Shown: positions 11,343 to 22,330 of the stretch, piece after piece
Position numbering within the stretch: position 1 is the first letter of the stretch
Layout of the letters: every line of letters starts with the position of its first letter
Source of the DNA: an uncultured Acetatifactor sp.
Lineage (GTDB): Bacteria > Bacillota > Clostridia > Lachnospirales > Lachnospiraceae
Length of the DNA: 64,000 nt
Assembly (NCBI GenBank): GCA_910580225.1
Contig: CAJTXE010000004.1
Span: 3,821-67,820, forward strand
Reading direction: 5' to 3'
Notes under the pieces: generated by a model
The model's input: only the letters and a program-made list of their open reading frames with translations
The model's database searches: none
Told to the model about the DNA's origin: nothing
Translations under genes and position numbers: made by a program

Positions 11343-13121
11343 ATGAGAAATTTGATCCAAAATACCAGAAGGGAAAAGAGAACAGCTTTTTTCGCCAAAC
11401 TGTCACAGAGGCAGCAGGCATCAGAAGAAACCCGGACACAGACAGAGGACCGGAAACCTGTCGGGATGCAGGCAGGGGATGACGGCTATCTGATCCGCTG
11501 TCCCAAATGCGGCAAAATGGTGGACCGGGGACGGGTGGCAAAGAGAAAATACATCTGTTATGAATGTGAAGGGTATTTCAGGGTAAAGGTGCACAACCGC
11601 ATCCGCATGGTGGCTGATCCCCATACCTTTGAACCCTGGTTTTCGGATATGCCCATGTGTAATCCGCTGGATTATGAGGGATATGAGGAAAAGCTCAGGG
11701 CGGCCAGAGAGAAGACCGGGCTGGACGAGGCAGTCACGGTGGGAGAGTGTGAGGTGTTCGGAGAGCCCATTGTGCTGGGGATCTGCGATTCCAGATTCCT
11801 GATGGCCAGTATGGGCCATGTAGTGGGAGAAAAGATCACCGCGGCAGTGGAGCGGGCGATTGAAAAGCGGCTGCCGGTCTTTCTTTTCTGCTGTTCCGGA
11901 GGTGCCAGAATGCAGGAAGGAATCATCTCCCTGATGCAGATGGCAAAGACCTCCGCAGCCATCCGGAAGCTGGGGGAGGCCGGACTTTTGTTCTGTACCG
12001 TTCTCACCGACCCCACTACGGGAGGTGTTACCGCCAGTTTTGCAATGTTGGGGGATGTAATCATGGCGGAACCGGGAGCATTGGTGGGATTTGCCGGTCC
12101 CAGGGTAATCCGCCAGACGATTGGCCAGGAGCTGCCGGAGGGATTCCAGACGGCGGAATTTCTGGTGGAACACGGTATCATTGACGGGATCGTGGAACGC
12201 AGGAATCTGAAGAAGACGATCTATTTTCTGGTCAGGGCCCATCAGTGCAGGGAAGGTGAGTATGCCGATTTTCTGCCCGGAACAGGCTTCCATTTTGTGT
12301 TGAATGAGATACTGAAAGAGAAGGAGTGGACGCTTAAGCCGAAGAGTGTATGGGAAAAGGTCAAAGCAGCCCGGAAGCTGGAAAGGGCCAGCGCTGTTGA
12401 CTACATGGACTGTATATTTGACTATTTTGTGGAGGCTCATGGAGACAGAAGCTTTCGGGATGACCCGGCCATCATCGGCGGGATCGGATTTCTGAATGGT
12501 CAGCCGGTGACTGTGATCGCAGACCACAAGGGGAAGGACGCGGAGGAGTGCCAGAGAAGGAATTACGGCATGCCCATGCCTGAGGGTTACCGCAAGGCTC
12601 TGCGTCTTATGAAGCAGGCAGAGAAATTTAACCGCCCCATAGTAAGCTTTATCAATACGTCGGGAGCTTTCTGCGGCATTGAGGCTGAGGAGCGGGGACA
12701 GGGGGAGGCAATTGCCCGAAATCTGACAGAAATGTCAGCTTTGAAGGTGCCTGTGCTGTGCATTCTGATCGGAGAGGGAGGCAGCGGAGGCGCACTGGCC
12801 ACGGCGGTGGGGAATGAGGTATGGATGCTGGAAAATGCTACCTATTCCATTTTATCACCTGAAGGATTTGCTTCTATATTGTGGAAAGATGCCTCCAGAG
12901 CGAAGGAAGCCAGCGAGGTAATGCGCATTACGGCACAGGATCTGAAACAGCTTCATGTCATTGAACAGATTATCCCGGAATTCGGGGGTGCAGATGCCGG
13001 AACAGCACAGGCCATCGGCGGGTACCTGAAAGAACAGATTATGGAGTTTCTGAAGCGCTATCACGGCATGTCCGGTGAGGAGATAGCTGCAGGCCGTTAT
13101 GAGCGGTTTCGGAGGTTCTGA
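11343..13121 (+). CDS. accD: Acetyl-CoA carboxylase carboxyltransferase, AccD-AccA fusion
   Basis: N-half has a C4 zinc finger, SGGARMQEG and [12 protein letters not shown] (AccD); C-half has [21 protein letters not shown] and [10 protein letters not shown] (AccA); single ORF. Confidence 0.92.
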   Translation: MRNLIQNTRREKRTAFFAKLSQRQQASEETRTQTEDRKPVGMQAGDDGYLIRCPKCGKMVDRGRVAKRKYICYECEGYFRVKVHNRIRMVADPHTFEPWFSDMPMCNPLDYEGYEEKLRAAREKTGLDEAVTVGECEVFGEPIVLGICDSRFLMASMGHVVGEKITAAVERAIEKRLPVFLFCCSGGARMQEGIISLMQMAKTSAAIRKLGEAGLLFCTVLTDPTTGGVTASFAMLGDVIMAEPGALVGFAGPRVIRQTIGQELPEGFQTAEFLVEHGIIDGIVERRNLKKTIYFLVRAHQCREGEYADFLPGTGFHFVLNEILKEKEWTLKPKSVWEKVKAARKLERASAVDYMDCIFDYFVEAHGDRSFRDDPAIIGGIGFLNGQPVTVIADHKGKDAEECQRRNYGMPMPEGYRKALRLMKQAEKFNRPIVSFINTSGAFCGIEAEERGQGEAIARNLTEMSALKVPVLCILIGEGGSGGALATAVGNEVWMLENATYSILSPEGFASILWKDASRAKEASEVMRITAQDLKQLHVIEQIIPEFGGADAGTAQAIGGYLKEQIMEFLKRYHGMSGEEIAAGRYERFRRF

Positions 13122-13230
13122 TCGCTTGAGGTTCTCATGAAGAAAACATTGTTATGACTTTAAATTACGAAAAACAGGGAAGGGCAGACAGCGCGGGAAA
13201 CAGGCGCTGTGTAAAACCGGAAGAAAGAAT

Positions 13231-14199
13231 ATGTCAATCAAGATAACAGGAACAGGATCCGCTCTCCCGGTGAGGGCGGTTACAAACGAAGAAATTACAC
13301 ATCTGGTGGATACTTCCGACGAATGGATCAGGGAACGAACCGGAATCGGCGGCAGACATGTATCCACGGGGGAGACGGTTGCTTCCCTTGCTGCCCGGGC
13401 CTGTGGCCTGGCGTTGGAGAATGCCGGAAAAAGTGCCCGGGAAGTGGAACTGATTCTGGTGGCTACCTGCTCGCCGGAAGATGTAACACCCTGTGCGGCC
13501 TGTCAGGTGCAGGAGCAGATCGGCGCCGTAAATGCCGTGGCATTTGACTTAAACGCAGCCTGCTCGGGGTTTTTGTTTGCACTTCATACGGCATGGGCTT
13601 ATGTGGAAAGCGGAATCTATCAAAATGCGCTGGTGGCAGGCAGCGAGGTGCTGTCCAAGATAGTGGACTGGGAAGACAGGGGAACCTGCATCCTGTTCGG
13701 GGACGGTGCGGGAGCAGTGTATGTGGAAAAATGTGAAGACGGCGGTATCCTGGGCTTTGTACAGCATTCGGACGGCAGCCGCGGCCATGTGCTGTCCGGT
13801 GCATGCAGAGCGCTGGAGAATCCTTTTTTTCATCAGGAACAAACGAAAAATTATATAAAAATGGACGGTAGAGAGATATTTTCTTTTGCCGTACGTCAGA
13901 TTCCCAAGACAATTGAAGAGGCGCTGGCCAGGGCTGAGCTTTCCGCGGGAGAGGTGGATCTCTTTCTCCTGCACCAGGCGAACCGTCGTATTATAGAGGG
14001 AATTTCCAAAAGGCTGGGTGTGGATATGGATCGTTTTCCCATGAATCTGGAGCGGGTGGGCAATACTTCTTCCGCTTCCATTCCGCTTCTGCTGGATGAA
14101 ATAAATCGGAAAGGAGCATTGAAGCCGGGAATGAGGCTTGTGCTTTCCGGTTTCGGCGGAGGACTTACCTGCGGAGCCTGCGTTGTGGAGTGGCAGTAA
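13231..14199 (+). CDS. fabH: Beta-ketoacyl-ACP synthase III
   Basis: DTSDEWIRERTGI, AACSGF, FGDGAGA, HQAN-x-RI, GNTSSASIP. Confidence 0.95.
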   Translation: MSIKITGTGSALPVRAVTNEEITHLVDTSDEWIRERTGIGGRHVSTGETVASLAARACGLALENAGKSAREVELILVATCSPEDVTPCAACQVQEQIGAVNAVAFDLNAACSGFLFALHTAWAYVESGIYQNALVAGSEVLSKIVDWEDRGTCILFGDGAGAVYVEKCEDGGILGFVQHSDGSRGHVLSGACRALENPFFHQEQTKNYIKMDGREIFSFAVRQIPKTIEEALARAELSAGEVDLFLLHQANRRIIEGISKRLGVDMDRFPMNLERVGNTSSASIPLLLDEINRKGALKPGMRLVLSGFGGGLTCGACVVEWQ

Positions 14200-14338
14200 A
14201 CTTGGTCTTGACTTTTTTGAGAAACTTGGTAAATTAGTATACAGAAAGCGCGCTGCCAATTTTTATCAGTTTGACGGCGCTGCGGGCGCGTCTTTTAACA
14301 GAAGCCAGGGGGATATCAGAGAGGATAGCATCATCGAA

Positions 14339-14791
14339 ATGGCACAAAATACAAAACGCTCCATCAATGAGCTGTTGGTCAGCCTGTTCAATCATGTGAT
14401 GGATATGGAGGCGAGAGCCGTCATCACGGAGGAGTACAGGGACATTACCAACAATGACATGCATATTATAGAAGCAATCGGCGTGGAGGAACCCAGGAAC
14501 ATGTCCCAGATCGCACACCGGCTTTCCGTTACCGTCGGTACCTTGACTACAAATATGAATGGTTTGGAGAGGAAGGGTTATATCAGACGGGAGCGCAGTG
14601 AAAAAGATAAAAGAGTAGTATATATTCTCCTCACGGAAAAGGGCAGAAAGGCTTTTTACCATCATAGGGATTTTCACAAAAAGATGATTAAAGCCATCGT
14701 GAAGGATTTAAATGAGGAAGAAATGGAGATACTGTATCGATGTCTGGTAAATCTGGACCGATTTTTGGAGCCTGAGACAATGCTGAGCTGA
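14339..14791 (+). CDS. fabT: MarR-family regulator of fatty acid synthesis (FabT-like)
   Basis: MarR wHTH (VTVGTLT, KGYI-x-R, DKRVV), HHRDFH; located in the fab cluster. Confidence 0.85.
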   Translation: MAQNTKRSINELLVSLFNHVMDMEARAVITEEYRDITNNDMHIIEAIGVEEPRNMSQIAHRLSVTVGTLTTNMNGLERKGYIRRERSEKDKRVVYILLTEKGRKAFYHHRDFHKKMIKAIVKDLNEEEMEILYRCLVNLDRFLEPETMLS

Positions 14792-14804
14792 AAGCAGGAG
14801 GGAC

Positions 14805-14915
14805 GGTCCGTCAGGCGGAAGCCAGGAAGATGAGGGGCCGTCATCAGGTGGGAGTCAGGAGGATAAGGGACGGCCGTCAGGCGGAAGTGGGGAAGAAAAG
14901 CCGCAGGCGGAAGGC
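14805..14915 (+). repeat. Degenerate ~30-35 bp tandem repeat in the fabT-cls spacer
   Basis: Recurring cgtcaggcggaag / catcaggtgggag / cgcaggcggaag units. Confidence 0.5.
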
Positions 14916-15045
14916 TTGAAAATACAGGCAGGGTCTGTAAGAAAGGGAGATAGGAATTTATGTCCCGCCGCAGATGCCTCCGGGGCTGAAGGTAAGGCGC
15001 AGACTGTCGGTGGGGAATGCAGACACAGATACCGGGAGAGCGGAA

Positions 15046-16623
15046 ATGGGAATGAAGAATACCATCAGTATGGGAGAAAGGGTCAATGCGACGATCAGCA
15101 GGATCAAGAAAGTCATCTACGGCAGGACAGTGATGATCCTGCTGGGGTTTCTTGCTCAGTTGATTCTGCTGGGTGTGGGGTATATTCTTCTGAGGAATTA
15201 CAGTTTTCTGTTCTATATTTTTTTCCTGTCCATTGGTGCGGTTGCGGTGGTATACATTTTCAATGCACCCGGCAATCCGGATCTGAAGTTGTCATGGATG
15301 CTTCCCATTGCTATCTTTCCGGTATTCGGGGCTATTTTTTATGTCACCATTGTGAGCCAGCCCGGTACGAAAGTATTGTACGACCGGCTGCTGGAACAGG
15401 CGGAGAATACGAAGAAATATGTCCTTCCCCGGAGAGAGGTGTGGGAGCGTCTGCGGGAGGAGAGCCCTCATATGGGACAGCTTGCCCATTATCTGGAGAA
15501 GTGTGACAACAGCCCTGTTTATGACGGTACACAGGTAAAATATTATCCGCTGGGAGACAGTCAGTTCGTGGATATGGTTGAGGAACTGAAAAAGGCGGAA
15601 AAATACATTTTTATAGAATTTTTTATTGTGTCAAGCGGACAAATGCTGGGAGAGATTCTGGATATTCTGAAAGAGAAGGCAAAACAGGGAGTAGAGGTGC
15701 GGTTTATGTATGACGGTACCAATGTATTGTGGAACCTGCCCAACTTTTTTCCGGATATGCTGGAAGAGGAAGGGATCCGCTGCAAGATGTTTGCCCCTAT
15801 CAAGTTCATCTTTTCTCCCCATTACAACAACCGCGATCACAGGAAGATCCTGGTCATAGACGGCCGGGTAGCATTTACCGGCGGCATCAACCTTGCAGAT
15901 GAATATATTAACAGGAAGAATCGGTTCGGACATTGGAAGGATGCGGGGGCCATGGTAAGGGGAGACGCCGTGGAGCGTTTTACTTATATGTTTCTGGAAA
16001 TGTGGAATGAGTCGGAACGGATTCAGGAACCCGGTAGGAAATACAGACTGCCTGCGGATGCTGCCGTATCCGGGGATGGTTATGCCATTCCCTACAGTGT
16101 ATGTCCGCTTGGGCCGGAGCGTGTGGGGGAGATGGTCTACCTGGATATCATCAATACGGCTCATACTTATGTCCACATTATGACACCTTACCTGATTCCG
16201 GATGATCGGATGATCATGGCTTTGACGTATGCGGCCAGAAGAGGGGTGGAAGTCGTAATTGTTATGCCCCATATCCCGGATAAGAAATATGCCTTTATGC
16301 TGGCTAAGACCTATTACAACCAGCTTCTGGAGGCAGGAGTCCGGATCTATGAATATGAGCCGGGTTTTGTCCATGCCAAGGTATTTGTGTCAGATGATAT
16401 GAAGGCTGTAGTGGGCACAGTGAATCTGGATTACCGCAGTCTGTATCACCATTTTGAGTGTGGTCTGGTTCTGTACCGGAATTCCCAGATAGCCGTCATG
16501 GAAAAGGATATACAGGATACGCTGGATAAATGTATTGAGGTGAAAGTGGAGGATTACAGGAGACTGAAGCTTACAGACAGGGCACTGGGAAGAATTATGC
16601 GGATTGTAGCTCCTTTGATGTAG
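15046..16623 (+). CDS. cls: Cardiolipin synthase
   Basis: Two HKD motifs (HRKILVID, HAKVFVSD) and N-terminal TM helices; start codon uncertain. Confidence 0.93.
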   Translation: MGMKNTISMGERVNATISRIKKVIYGRTVMILLGFLAQLILLGVGYILLRNYSFLFYIFFLSIGAVAVVYIFNAPGNPDLKLSWMLPIAIFPVFGAIFYVTIVSQPGTKVLYDRLLEQAENTKKYVLPRREVWERLREESPHMGQLAHYLEKCDNSPVYDGTQVKYYPLGDSQFVDMVEELKKAEKYIFIEFFIVSSGQMLGEILDILKEKAKQGVEVRFMYDGTNVLWNLPNFFPDMLEEEGIRCKMFAPIKFIFSPHYNNRDHRKILVIDGRVAFTGGINLADEYINRKNRFGHWKDAGAMVRGDAVERFTYMFLEMWNESERIQEPGRKYRLPADAAVSGDGYAIPYSVCPLGPERVGEMVYLDIINTAHTYVHIMTPYLIPDDRMIMALTYAARRGVEVVIVMPHIPDKKYAFMLAKTYYNQLLEAGVRIYEYEPGFVHAKVFVSDDMKAVVGTVNLDYRSLYHHFECGLVLYRNSQIAVMEKDIQDTLDKCIEVKVEDYRRLKLTDRALGRIMRIVAPLM

Positions 16624-16647
16624 ATGAGGATTACGAAATGTTTGTTG

Positions 16648-16673
16648 AGGTAGGAATTTTCCTGCCTTTTTTT
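16648..16673 (+). terminator. Rho-independent terminator after cls
   Basis: AGGTAGG/CCTGCCT stem followed by a T-run. Confidence 0.65.
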
Positions 16674-16872
16674 ATGCCCAGGCCCGTGCGGTGGAAGTTT
16701 GCCGCTAAAGCGGCTCACGGGGATAAAATCTCCCCTACTCGATTTTTTGGGGGGTTGTGTTATTCTTTGTGTAAGTCAGAAACATATGTTGGTAATTGTC
16801 GTCTGTAAAGGCAGGGGAGACTTGGCGGGGGACCAAACAAAGGCGGAGAAACAAAAGACAGGAGGACGGATA

Positions 16873-17433
16873 TTGAGAGATACGGAAATACTGGATTTGT
16901 ATTGGGCCAGGGAGGAAAGAGCTATTTCGGAGACACAGATGTCTTACGGAAAGTACTGCTACAGCATTGCCTGGCATATCTTGTACGACAGAGAAGACTC
17001 GGACGAATGTGTGAATGACACATGGCTGAGGGCCTGGAATGCCATACCTCCGAAGAGACCGGGCAGACTTGCTCTGTTTCTGGGCACGATTACACGGAAT
17101 TTATCTCTGGACAGATGGAAGGAAAAGCATACCATGAAGAGAGGGAAGGGTGAAATGATGCTGGTGTTGGATGAACTGGCGGAATGCATACCGGATGTGC
17201 GCAGTACGGAGGAAGCGGTTGAGGCTGCAGAGTTGGAACGTATGCTGAACGATTTTCTCCATACATTGCCGGAACGGGATTGCAACGTGTTTCTGCGCCG
17301 ATACTGGTATGTAGAGGAGTACGGAGAGATCGCAAAGCGCTATAACATGAAACTGAATACAGTGAAGACATCACTGTTCCGTACCAGGGCCAGACTGCGG
17401 GAATATCTGGAAAAGGAGGGCGTGATTATATGA
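16873..17433 (+). CDS. ECF RNA polymerase sigma factor
   Basis: Region 2 (DSDECVNDTWLRAW) and region 4 (EIAKR, NTVKTSLFR); GGAGG then TTG start. Confidence 0.9.
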   Translation: MRDTEILDLYWAREERAISETQMSYGKYCYSIAWHILYDREDSDECVNDTWLRAWNAIPPKRPGRLALFLGTITRNLSLDRWKEKHTMKRGKGEMMLVLDELAECIPDVRSTEEAVEAAELERMLNDFLHTLPERDCNVFLRRYWYVEEYGEIAKRYNMKLNTVKTSLFRTRARLREYLEKEGVII

Positions 17434-18650
17434 AAAAGAAAGGATATGACAATTCGGAGGGAGATCGCCCTTTTTCCCCAAAAGGAGGACAGGAGCAGGC
17501 GTTGAGACTGATGGAAGCTTTGTCTGGTGTAGAGGAGGAATTGCTGGAACGCTCTGACGGGCAGGTTTCCCGGACAGGTTCTGACGGAAGGCGTCTCGGG
17601 AAAGGCGACAGGAAGAAACACAGGCCGCTGTGGCAGTATCGGAGCACCTGGGCAGCCGTTCTGTGTTTTGCGGTAATGGGAGCTATGGGATTGGGCGGAT
17701 ATGGATTGATGCTGAAAGTAAATCAGAACATAGCCGGCGGCATAGCTGATGGCATGGCCGATAACCAGGAAAATGATGCCGCCATTAGGATGTACGGCAG
17801 CCAGGAAGATTCCGTCAGTGAAAACGGCATCTTCCCGGGAGATGGAGCGGAAATATTACCGGAGGCGGAAGAAGAACAGAAAATAACAGATCTGACCGGT
17901 CAACAGAATGCAGCAGAAGGACATGAGAATGAGGCAGGAGCAGGCGATATGGGAGACAGGGAGACGGAGGGCGGCAGCGGTTTTCGGGAAGGCCAATCTA
18001 TGTCCGGAAGTCAGAAGCATGATACGGAGAAAAGCACAGGAGAAGCCATATCAGATGAGACAGGATATGAGGACGAGAAGGAGAGGGAATCTGACAAGCC
18101 GAATGCTGCCTTCACGGAGTCTGCAGCCACGGAGGAAGCCTATCCGGCAGCCCGGCTCAAGAAAGTGACAGAGGAGGAAGCCCGGGAAGACAAGGAATTG
18201 GGGGCCTGGATTCCGCAGACTGTTCCGCAGGGATACGTATTTGAAGAAGCGTTCTCCGATGTGGACAGAGAGGAAGAGAATCTGACAATTACCTGGACCA
18301 GGGAGCTGGACTCCATCTCCTGGACCGTTGTAAAGGAGGAAGAACTTCCCGGGACTGTGGATGTGAACCGGCCGGAGACCTATGATGTGCATCTCTATGA
18401 GATTCCGTGGGCGGAGACCGTGCCGGAGGAATATCGTGAGAGCATGGACCAGCCGGTATTTGCCAGCGGGGATTTTGATCTGGAAATTGTCAGAAGCCGC
18501 ATGATTCAACAGGAGGCCAGCGGAGATACGGATACGCCCCGGGGAAATTTTGCCGTAATATATCCTGATAACAGAGTGATTTATTTTCAGGGCAGAGGGA
18601 CTGCAGAGGAGGTCTGGGAGATGTTTATGTCTTTAGAGAAAGGGAACTGA
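17430..18650 (+). CDS. Putative anti-sigma factor (single TM, acidic extracellular region)
   Basis: ATGA overlap with the ECF gene; short N-terminus (MEALSGVEEELL), one TM helix, acidic linker, C-terminal globular domain. Confidence 0.7.
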   Translation: MKKKGYDNSEGDRPFSPKGGQEQALRLMEALSGVEEELLERSDGQVSRTGSDGRRLGKGDRKKHRPLWQYRSTWAAVLCFAVMGAMGLGGYGLMLKVNQNIAGGIADGMADNQENDAAIRMYGSQEDSVSENGIFPGDGAEILPEAEEEQKITDLTGQQNAAEGHENEAGAGDMGDRETEGGSGFREGQSMSGSQKHDTEKSTGEAISDETGYEDEKERESDKPNAAFTESAATEEAYPAARLKKVTEEEAREDKELGAWIPQTVPQGYVFEEAFSDVDREEENLTITWTRELDSISWTVVKEEELPGTVDVNRPETYDVHLYEIPWAETVPEEYRESMDQPVFASGDFDLEIVRSRMIQQEASGDTDTPRGNFAVIYPDNRVIYFQGRGTAEEVWEMFMSLEKGN

Positions 18651-18743
18651 GGCCGGTTTACGATTCTTAATTCTTTTTATAGTGCTTGCACCCAAGGCCA
18701 GGGACGGATATAATAGACTGGAAAGAGCAGGAGGAGCAGGCGA

Positions 18744-19931
18744 ATGAAAGAACGGGAAGCTTTTCTGGATCAATTGAGAGGGGCGGCAACCTGTGCGGTG
18801 GTTATGCTGCATACGGTAACCGGAGTCATGGATCACACGGATATGGGACTGTATCCTGTGGAGAAGAAAGTATTTCTGATCGTGCTGGATCTGGTCTGCT
18901 GGTGTGTGCCAGTGTTTCTGCTGATATCGGGCTATCTGTTCCTGAATCAGGACAGGAAGCTGGGAATGGGACGTATGATCACAAAGTACGGCAGAAGGAT
19001 TGTGTTGGCATTGTTCGTGTTTGGTGTTCCTTACGCCTGTCTGGAACAGATTGTGAAGGAACGGTGTTTCCGGTGGGATATGCCGGGGAAAGCTTTCTGG
19101 ATGGTGCTGCGGGGAGAGAGCTGGTCACATTTGTGGTATCTGTATCTGATTCTGATTCTGTATGTGCTGACGCCTTTGTTGAAAAAGATTTTGACATATC
19201 TGCCGCGTTCGGTGCTGTATGGCTTGCTGGCGGTTCTGTTTATCGGAAGCAGTATTCTGCCATATGTGATCAGGGTCACCGGACAGGAAACGATTCCGTC
19301 TCTGCCGGACTGGGGAATATATGGGTTTTACTACATATGCGGTTTTCTGTTTTTCAACGGATTCCATAGATCGGCTTTGTCCGACGCCGGGATTCCGGAG
19401 GATAGAGGGCGTGATGCTTCCCGGAGGGAGGCGGTTTCGTCCGACGCCGGGATTCCGGCAGATGGCAGAGCGGACGGTTCCGGGAAAGTACAGTCTCCCT
19501 GCTTCCTGCCGGAGAATTTCGTGCGAAGGAAAGCTTTGGGCAGAATCTGCGGTATCGCAGCCGGTCTGCTGGCCGCAGGCATGGTATGGAGCAGACTGTC
19601 AGGCACATATCATGTGCAGATGGCCTATAATTATCCCTTCACGGCAGTGCTTGCTCTGCTGCTTTTTGCGTGGGCCGGAAGTGGGATAACGGTTCCCCGG
19701 AAGGAAAAAAAGGTGTCCTCTGTACTGAGACGGGCGGCAGACTTAAGTTTTACGGTTTACCTTGTGCATCCGGTATTTTTAAATACGGCGTATAAGTTTT
19801 TTCTCATTACGCCGCTGTCTTTTCCGCTGGCGGTTTCTCTGCCGGTTTTCTTTTCAGGTACACTGTTGCTGTCGATTGTGACAGCATGGGTGCTGTACCA
19901 AATTCCGCTGCTGCGGAAATATGTACTATAA
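18744..19931 (+). CDS. Acyltransferase family 3 membrane protein
   Basis: LDQLRG, VVMLH, VPVFLLISGYL, HLWYL, YLVHP; many TM segments. Confidence 0.85.
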   Translation: MKEREAFLDQLRGAATCAVVMLHTVTGVMDHTDMGLYPVEKKVFLIVLDLVCWCVPVFLLISGYLFLNQDRKLGMGRMITKYGRRIVLALFVFGVPYACLEQIVKERCFRWDMPGKAFWMVLRGESWSHLWYLYLILILYVLTPLLKKILTYLPRSVLYGLLAVLFIGSSILPYVIRVTGQETIPSLPDWGIYGFYYICGFLFFNGFHRSALSDAGIPEDRGRDASRREAVSSDAGIPADGRADGSGKVQSPCFLPENFVRRKALGRICGIAAGLLAAGMVWSRLSGTYHVQMAYNYPFTAVLALLLFAWAGSGITVPRKEKKVSSVLRRAADLSFTVYLVHPVFLNTAYKFFLITPLSFPLAVSLPVFFSGTLLLSIVTAWVLYQIPLLRKYVL

Positions 19932-20103
19932 GGGAAAGTATGTTTTGGACTGATGGGCAGACAGCGATAGAGGGAACCGGATGTTTTAAGATAGAGGCAA
20001 TCGGCAGGAACATGCCGGGGGAGTCTGGTCAGGGTCACAGAGAAAATCAGGAAAAATTCCAGACATGGAAAATCAAAATTTCAGACAGGAAAAGGGTAAG
20101 GGT

Positions 20104-21048
20104 ATGTGGGTTGCGAATAACTGGGAAGAATATCGGGTACTGGATGCTGCGGGAGGAGAAAAGCTGGAAAGGTGGGGGGACTATATTCTGGTTCGGCCTG
20201 ACCCCCAGGTCATCTGGAATACACCTCACAACCATGAAGGTTGGAGAAACAGGAACGGACACTACCACAGGAGCGCAAAAGGCGGAGGAGAGTGGGAATT
20301 TTTCCATCTGCCTGATGAGTGGAGCATTTCCTATTCGTTCCGGGAGACAGAGGGAGAGGACGCTGCAGCGAATGTCACCGGAAAGGAGAGGCTGTGGGGA
20401 GGTAAAAAGCTGATATTTCGTTTGAAACCATTCAGTTTTAAACACACGGGTTTGTTTCCCGAACAAGCTGTAAACTGGGAATGGTTATCCAATCTGATCA
20501 GGGGGGCCTGCCGGCCTGCAGACAAGCCGGTGAAGGTCCTGAATCTCTTTGCGTATACCGGAGGCGCCACATTGGCGGCGGCAGCTTCCGGTGCGAGTGT
20601 GGTCCATGTGGATGCTTCTAAAGGTATGGTTGGATGGGCAAAGGAGAATGCCGCTGCTTCGGAACTTGGCAGTGCGCCTGTTCGCTGGCTGGTGGATGAT
20701 TGTGTCAAATTCGTGGAGCGGGAAATCCGGCGGGGAAATCGGTATGACGGGATCATCATGGATCCGCCGTCTTACGGCAGGGGACCAAAAGGTGAAATCT
20801 GGAAGATGGAAGAGAATATCTGGGCCTTTATTGAACTGTCCCGGAAGCTGCTGTCCCGGGACGCCCTGTTTTTCCTGATCAATTCCTATACCACCGGACT
20901 GCAGCCGGCGGTACTGTCCTACATGATGAACCAGGCTCTTACAAAACACTTGGGAGGCCGGGTGGAGGCTGATGAAATCGGTTTGCCTGTGGAGGATAGC
21001 TGCCTGGTTCTTCCCTGCGGTGCTTCCGGGCGTTGGTGGAGACCGTGA
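20104..21048 (+). CDS. Class I SAM-dependent methyltransferase (RlmI/RlmK-like)
   Basis: VLNLFAYTGG, HVDAS, DPPSYGRG. Confidence 0.88.
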   Translation: MWVANNWEEYRVLDAAGGEKLERWGDYILVRPDPQVIWNTPHNHEGWRNRNGHYHRSAKGGGEWEFFHLPDEWSISYSFRETEGEDAAANVTGKERLWGGKKLIFRLKPFSFKHTGLFPEQAVNWEWLSNLIRGACRPADKPVKVLNLFAYTGGATLAAAASGASVVHVDASKGMVGWAKENAAASELGSAPVRWLVDDCVKFVEREIRRGNRYDGIIMDPPSYGRGPKGEIWKMEENIWAFIELSRKLLSRDALFFLINSYTTGLQPAVLSYMMNQALTKHLGGRVEADEIGLPVEDSCLVLPCGASGRWWRP

Positions 21049-21236
21049 AGCATAAACAGCCTGGAGTTTCAGACGATTTCTGTCTCCTCCCGTTCACGGC
21101 AGTAAATGCACCGAGTAAACAGTAATTCCAGAGGAACAGCCGGAGTCGGAATTTTGAGATTTGGGTTGATTAATCTGTACGAAGGGCTTATAATAAAAAA
21201 AGCTCGGATGAGAAAAGAATGAGAGGAGATACGGCT

Positions 21237-21890
21237 ATGCGTTTTTTTATTGATACGGCGAAGGTAGAGGATATCAGGAAAGCAAATGACATGGGTGTTA
21301 TCTGCGGCGTCACCACAAATCCTTCCCTGATAGCAAAGGAGGGCAGAGTATTTGAGGAAGTAATCGCGGAGATCGCTTCTATCGTGGACGGGCCTATCAG
21401 CGGCGAAGTGAAAGCCACCACCGCAGATGCGGAGGGCATGATCAGAGAGGGCAGGGAGATTGCGAAGATTCATCCCAATATGGTGGTAAAGATTCCCATG
21501 ACAGTGGAAGGCTTAAAGGCCTGCAAGGTTCTGTCAGCAGAGGGGATCAAGGTAAATGTAACCCTGATTTTCACATCCAACCAGGCGCTGCTCGCCGCAA
21601 GGGCAGGAGCGGCATTTGTGTCACCTTTCCTGGGACGCCTGGACGATATCAGCCAGAGAGGTGTGGATCTGATCCGGGAGATTTCCGACATCTTTGCCAT
21701 GACGGATCTGGATACCGAAATTATCGCTGCAAGCGTACGGAATCCCGTTCATGTAACCGACTGTGCTCTGGCGGGAGCCGATATTGCCACAGTTCCCTAT
21801 GGGGTTATTGAGCAGATGGTGAAGCATCCTCTGACCGATGCGGGGATTGTCAGGTTCCAGGAAGACTACAAAGCTGTGTTTGGCGAGTGA
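21237..21890 (+). CDS. fsa: Fructose-6-phosphate aldolase / transaldolase
   Basis: [35 protein letters not shown]. Confidence 0.93.
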   Translation: MRFFIDTAKVEDIRKANDMGVICGVTTNPSLIAKEGRVFEEVIAEIASIVDGPISGEVKATTADAEGMIREGREIAKIHPNMVVKIPMTVEGLKACKVLSAEGIKVNVTLIFTSNQALLAARAGAAFVSPFLGRLDDISQRGVDLIREISDIFAMTDLDTEIIAASVRNPVHVTDCALAGADIATVPYGVIEQMVKHPLTDAGIVRFQEDYKAVFGE

Positions 21891-21923
21891 TAATAAAGAA
21901 GGTTTTTATACCAATGCAGGAAA

Positions 21924-21968
21924 AAGAACTGCCGTGCTCCTGTTGTCAGGATTGGTGCGGCAGTTCTT
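21924..21968. terminator. Probable bidirectional terminator between fsa and the SASP gene
   Basis: AAGAACTGCCG...CGGCAGTTCTT inverted repeat between convergent genes. Confidence 0.7.
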
Positions 21969-22025
21969 CTTATCTTGCTGTTATTTTTCTATTTCAGCAA
22001 ATTTGGTTCCGGTCAGCCGGGAGCC

Positions 22026-22226
22026 TTATTTCATCTGCTCTTCCTGCTTCTTGATCATACGACGAACCATCTCGCCGCCGATGGAACCAGCTTCACGGGA
22101 AGTCAAATCACCGTTGTAACCTTCCTTCAGGTTTACACCCAGCTCGGATGCTACCTCGGTCTTAAAACGATCCATTGCTGCCTTTGCTTCAGGTACTTCT
22201 ACTCTGTTGCTTCTGTTGTCGGACAT
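22026..22226 (-). CDS. Alpha/beta-type small acid-soluble spore protein
   Basis: VPEAK-x-A-x-D-x-FK-x-EVASELGV, GDLTSREAGS-x-GG-x-MV; GGAGGTG RBS. Confidence 0.95.
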   Translation of the reverse strand: MSDNRSNRVEVPEAKAAMDRFKTEVASELGVNLKEGYNGDLTSREAGSIGGEMVRRMIKKQEEQMK

Positions 22227-22330
22227 TTATTTCACCTCCATTCATGTCTCTTTTCTATCTTCAAGATAAGTGCTGCATGCACCTATCCTGAAGATTCAGT
22301 TTAAGTGTTTGCTGCAACTTATCTTGGTCT

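Noticed and set aside
14805..14915. Short repeated units as a possible CRISPR array
   Set aside because: Units are degenerate, there are no unique spacers of constant length, and no cas genes are in the window
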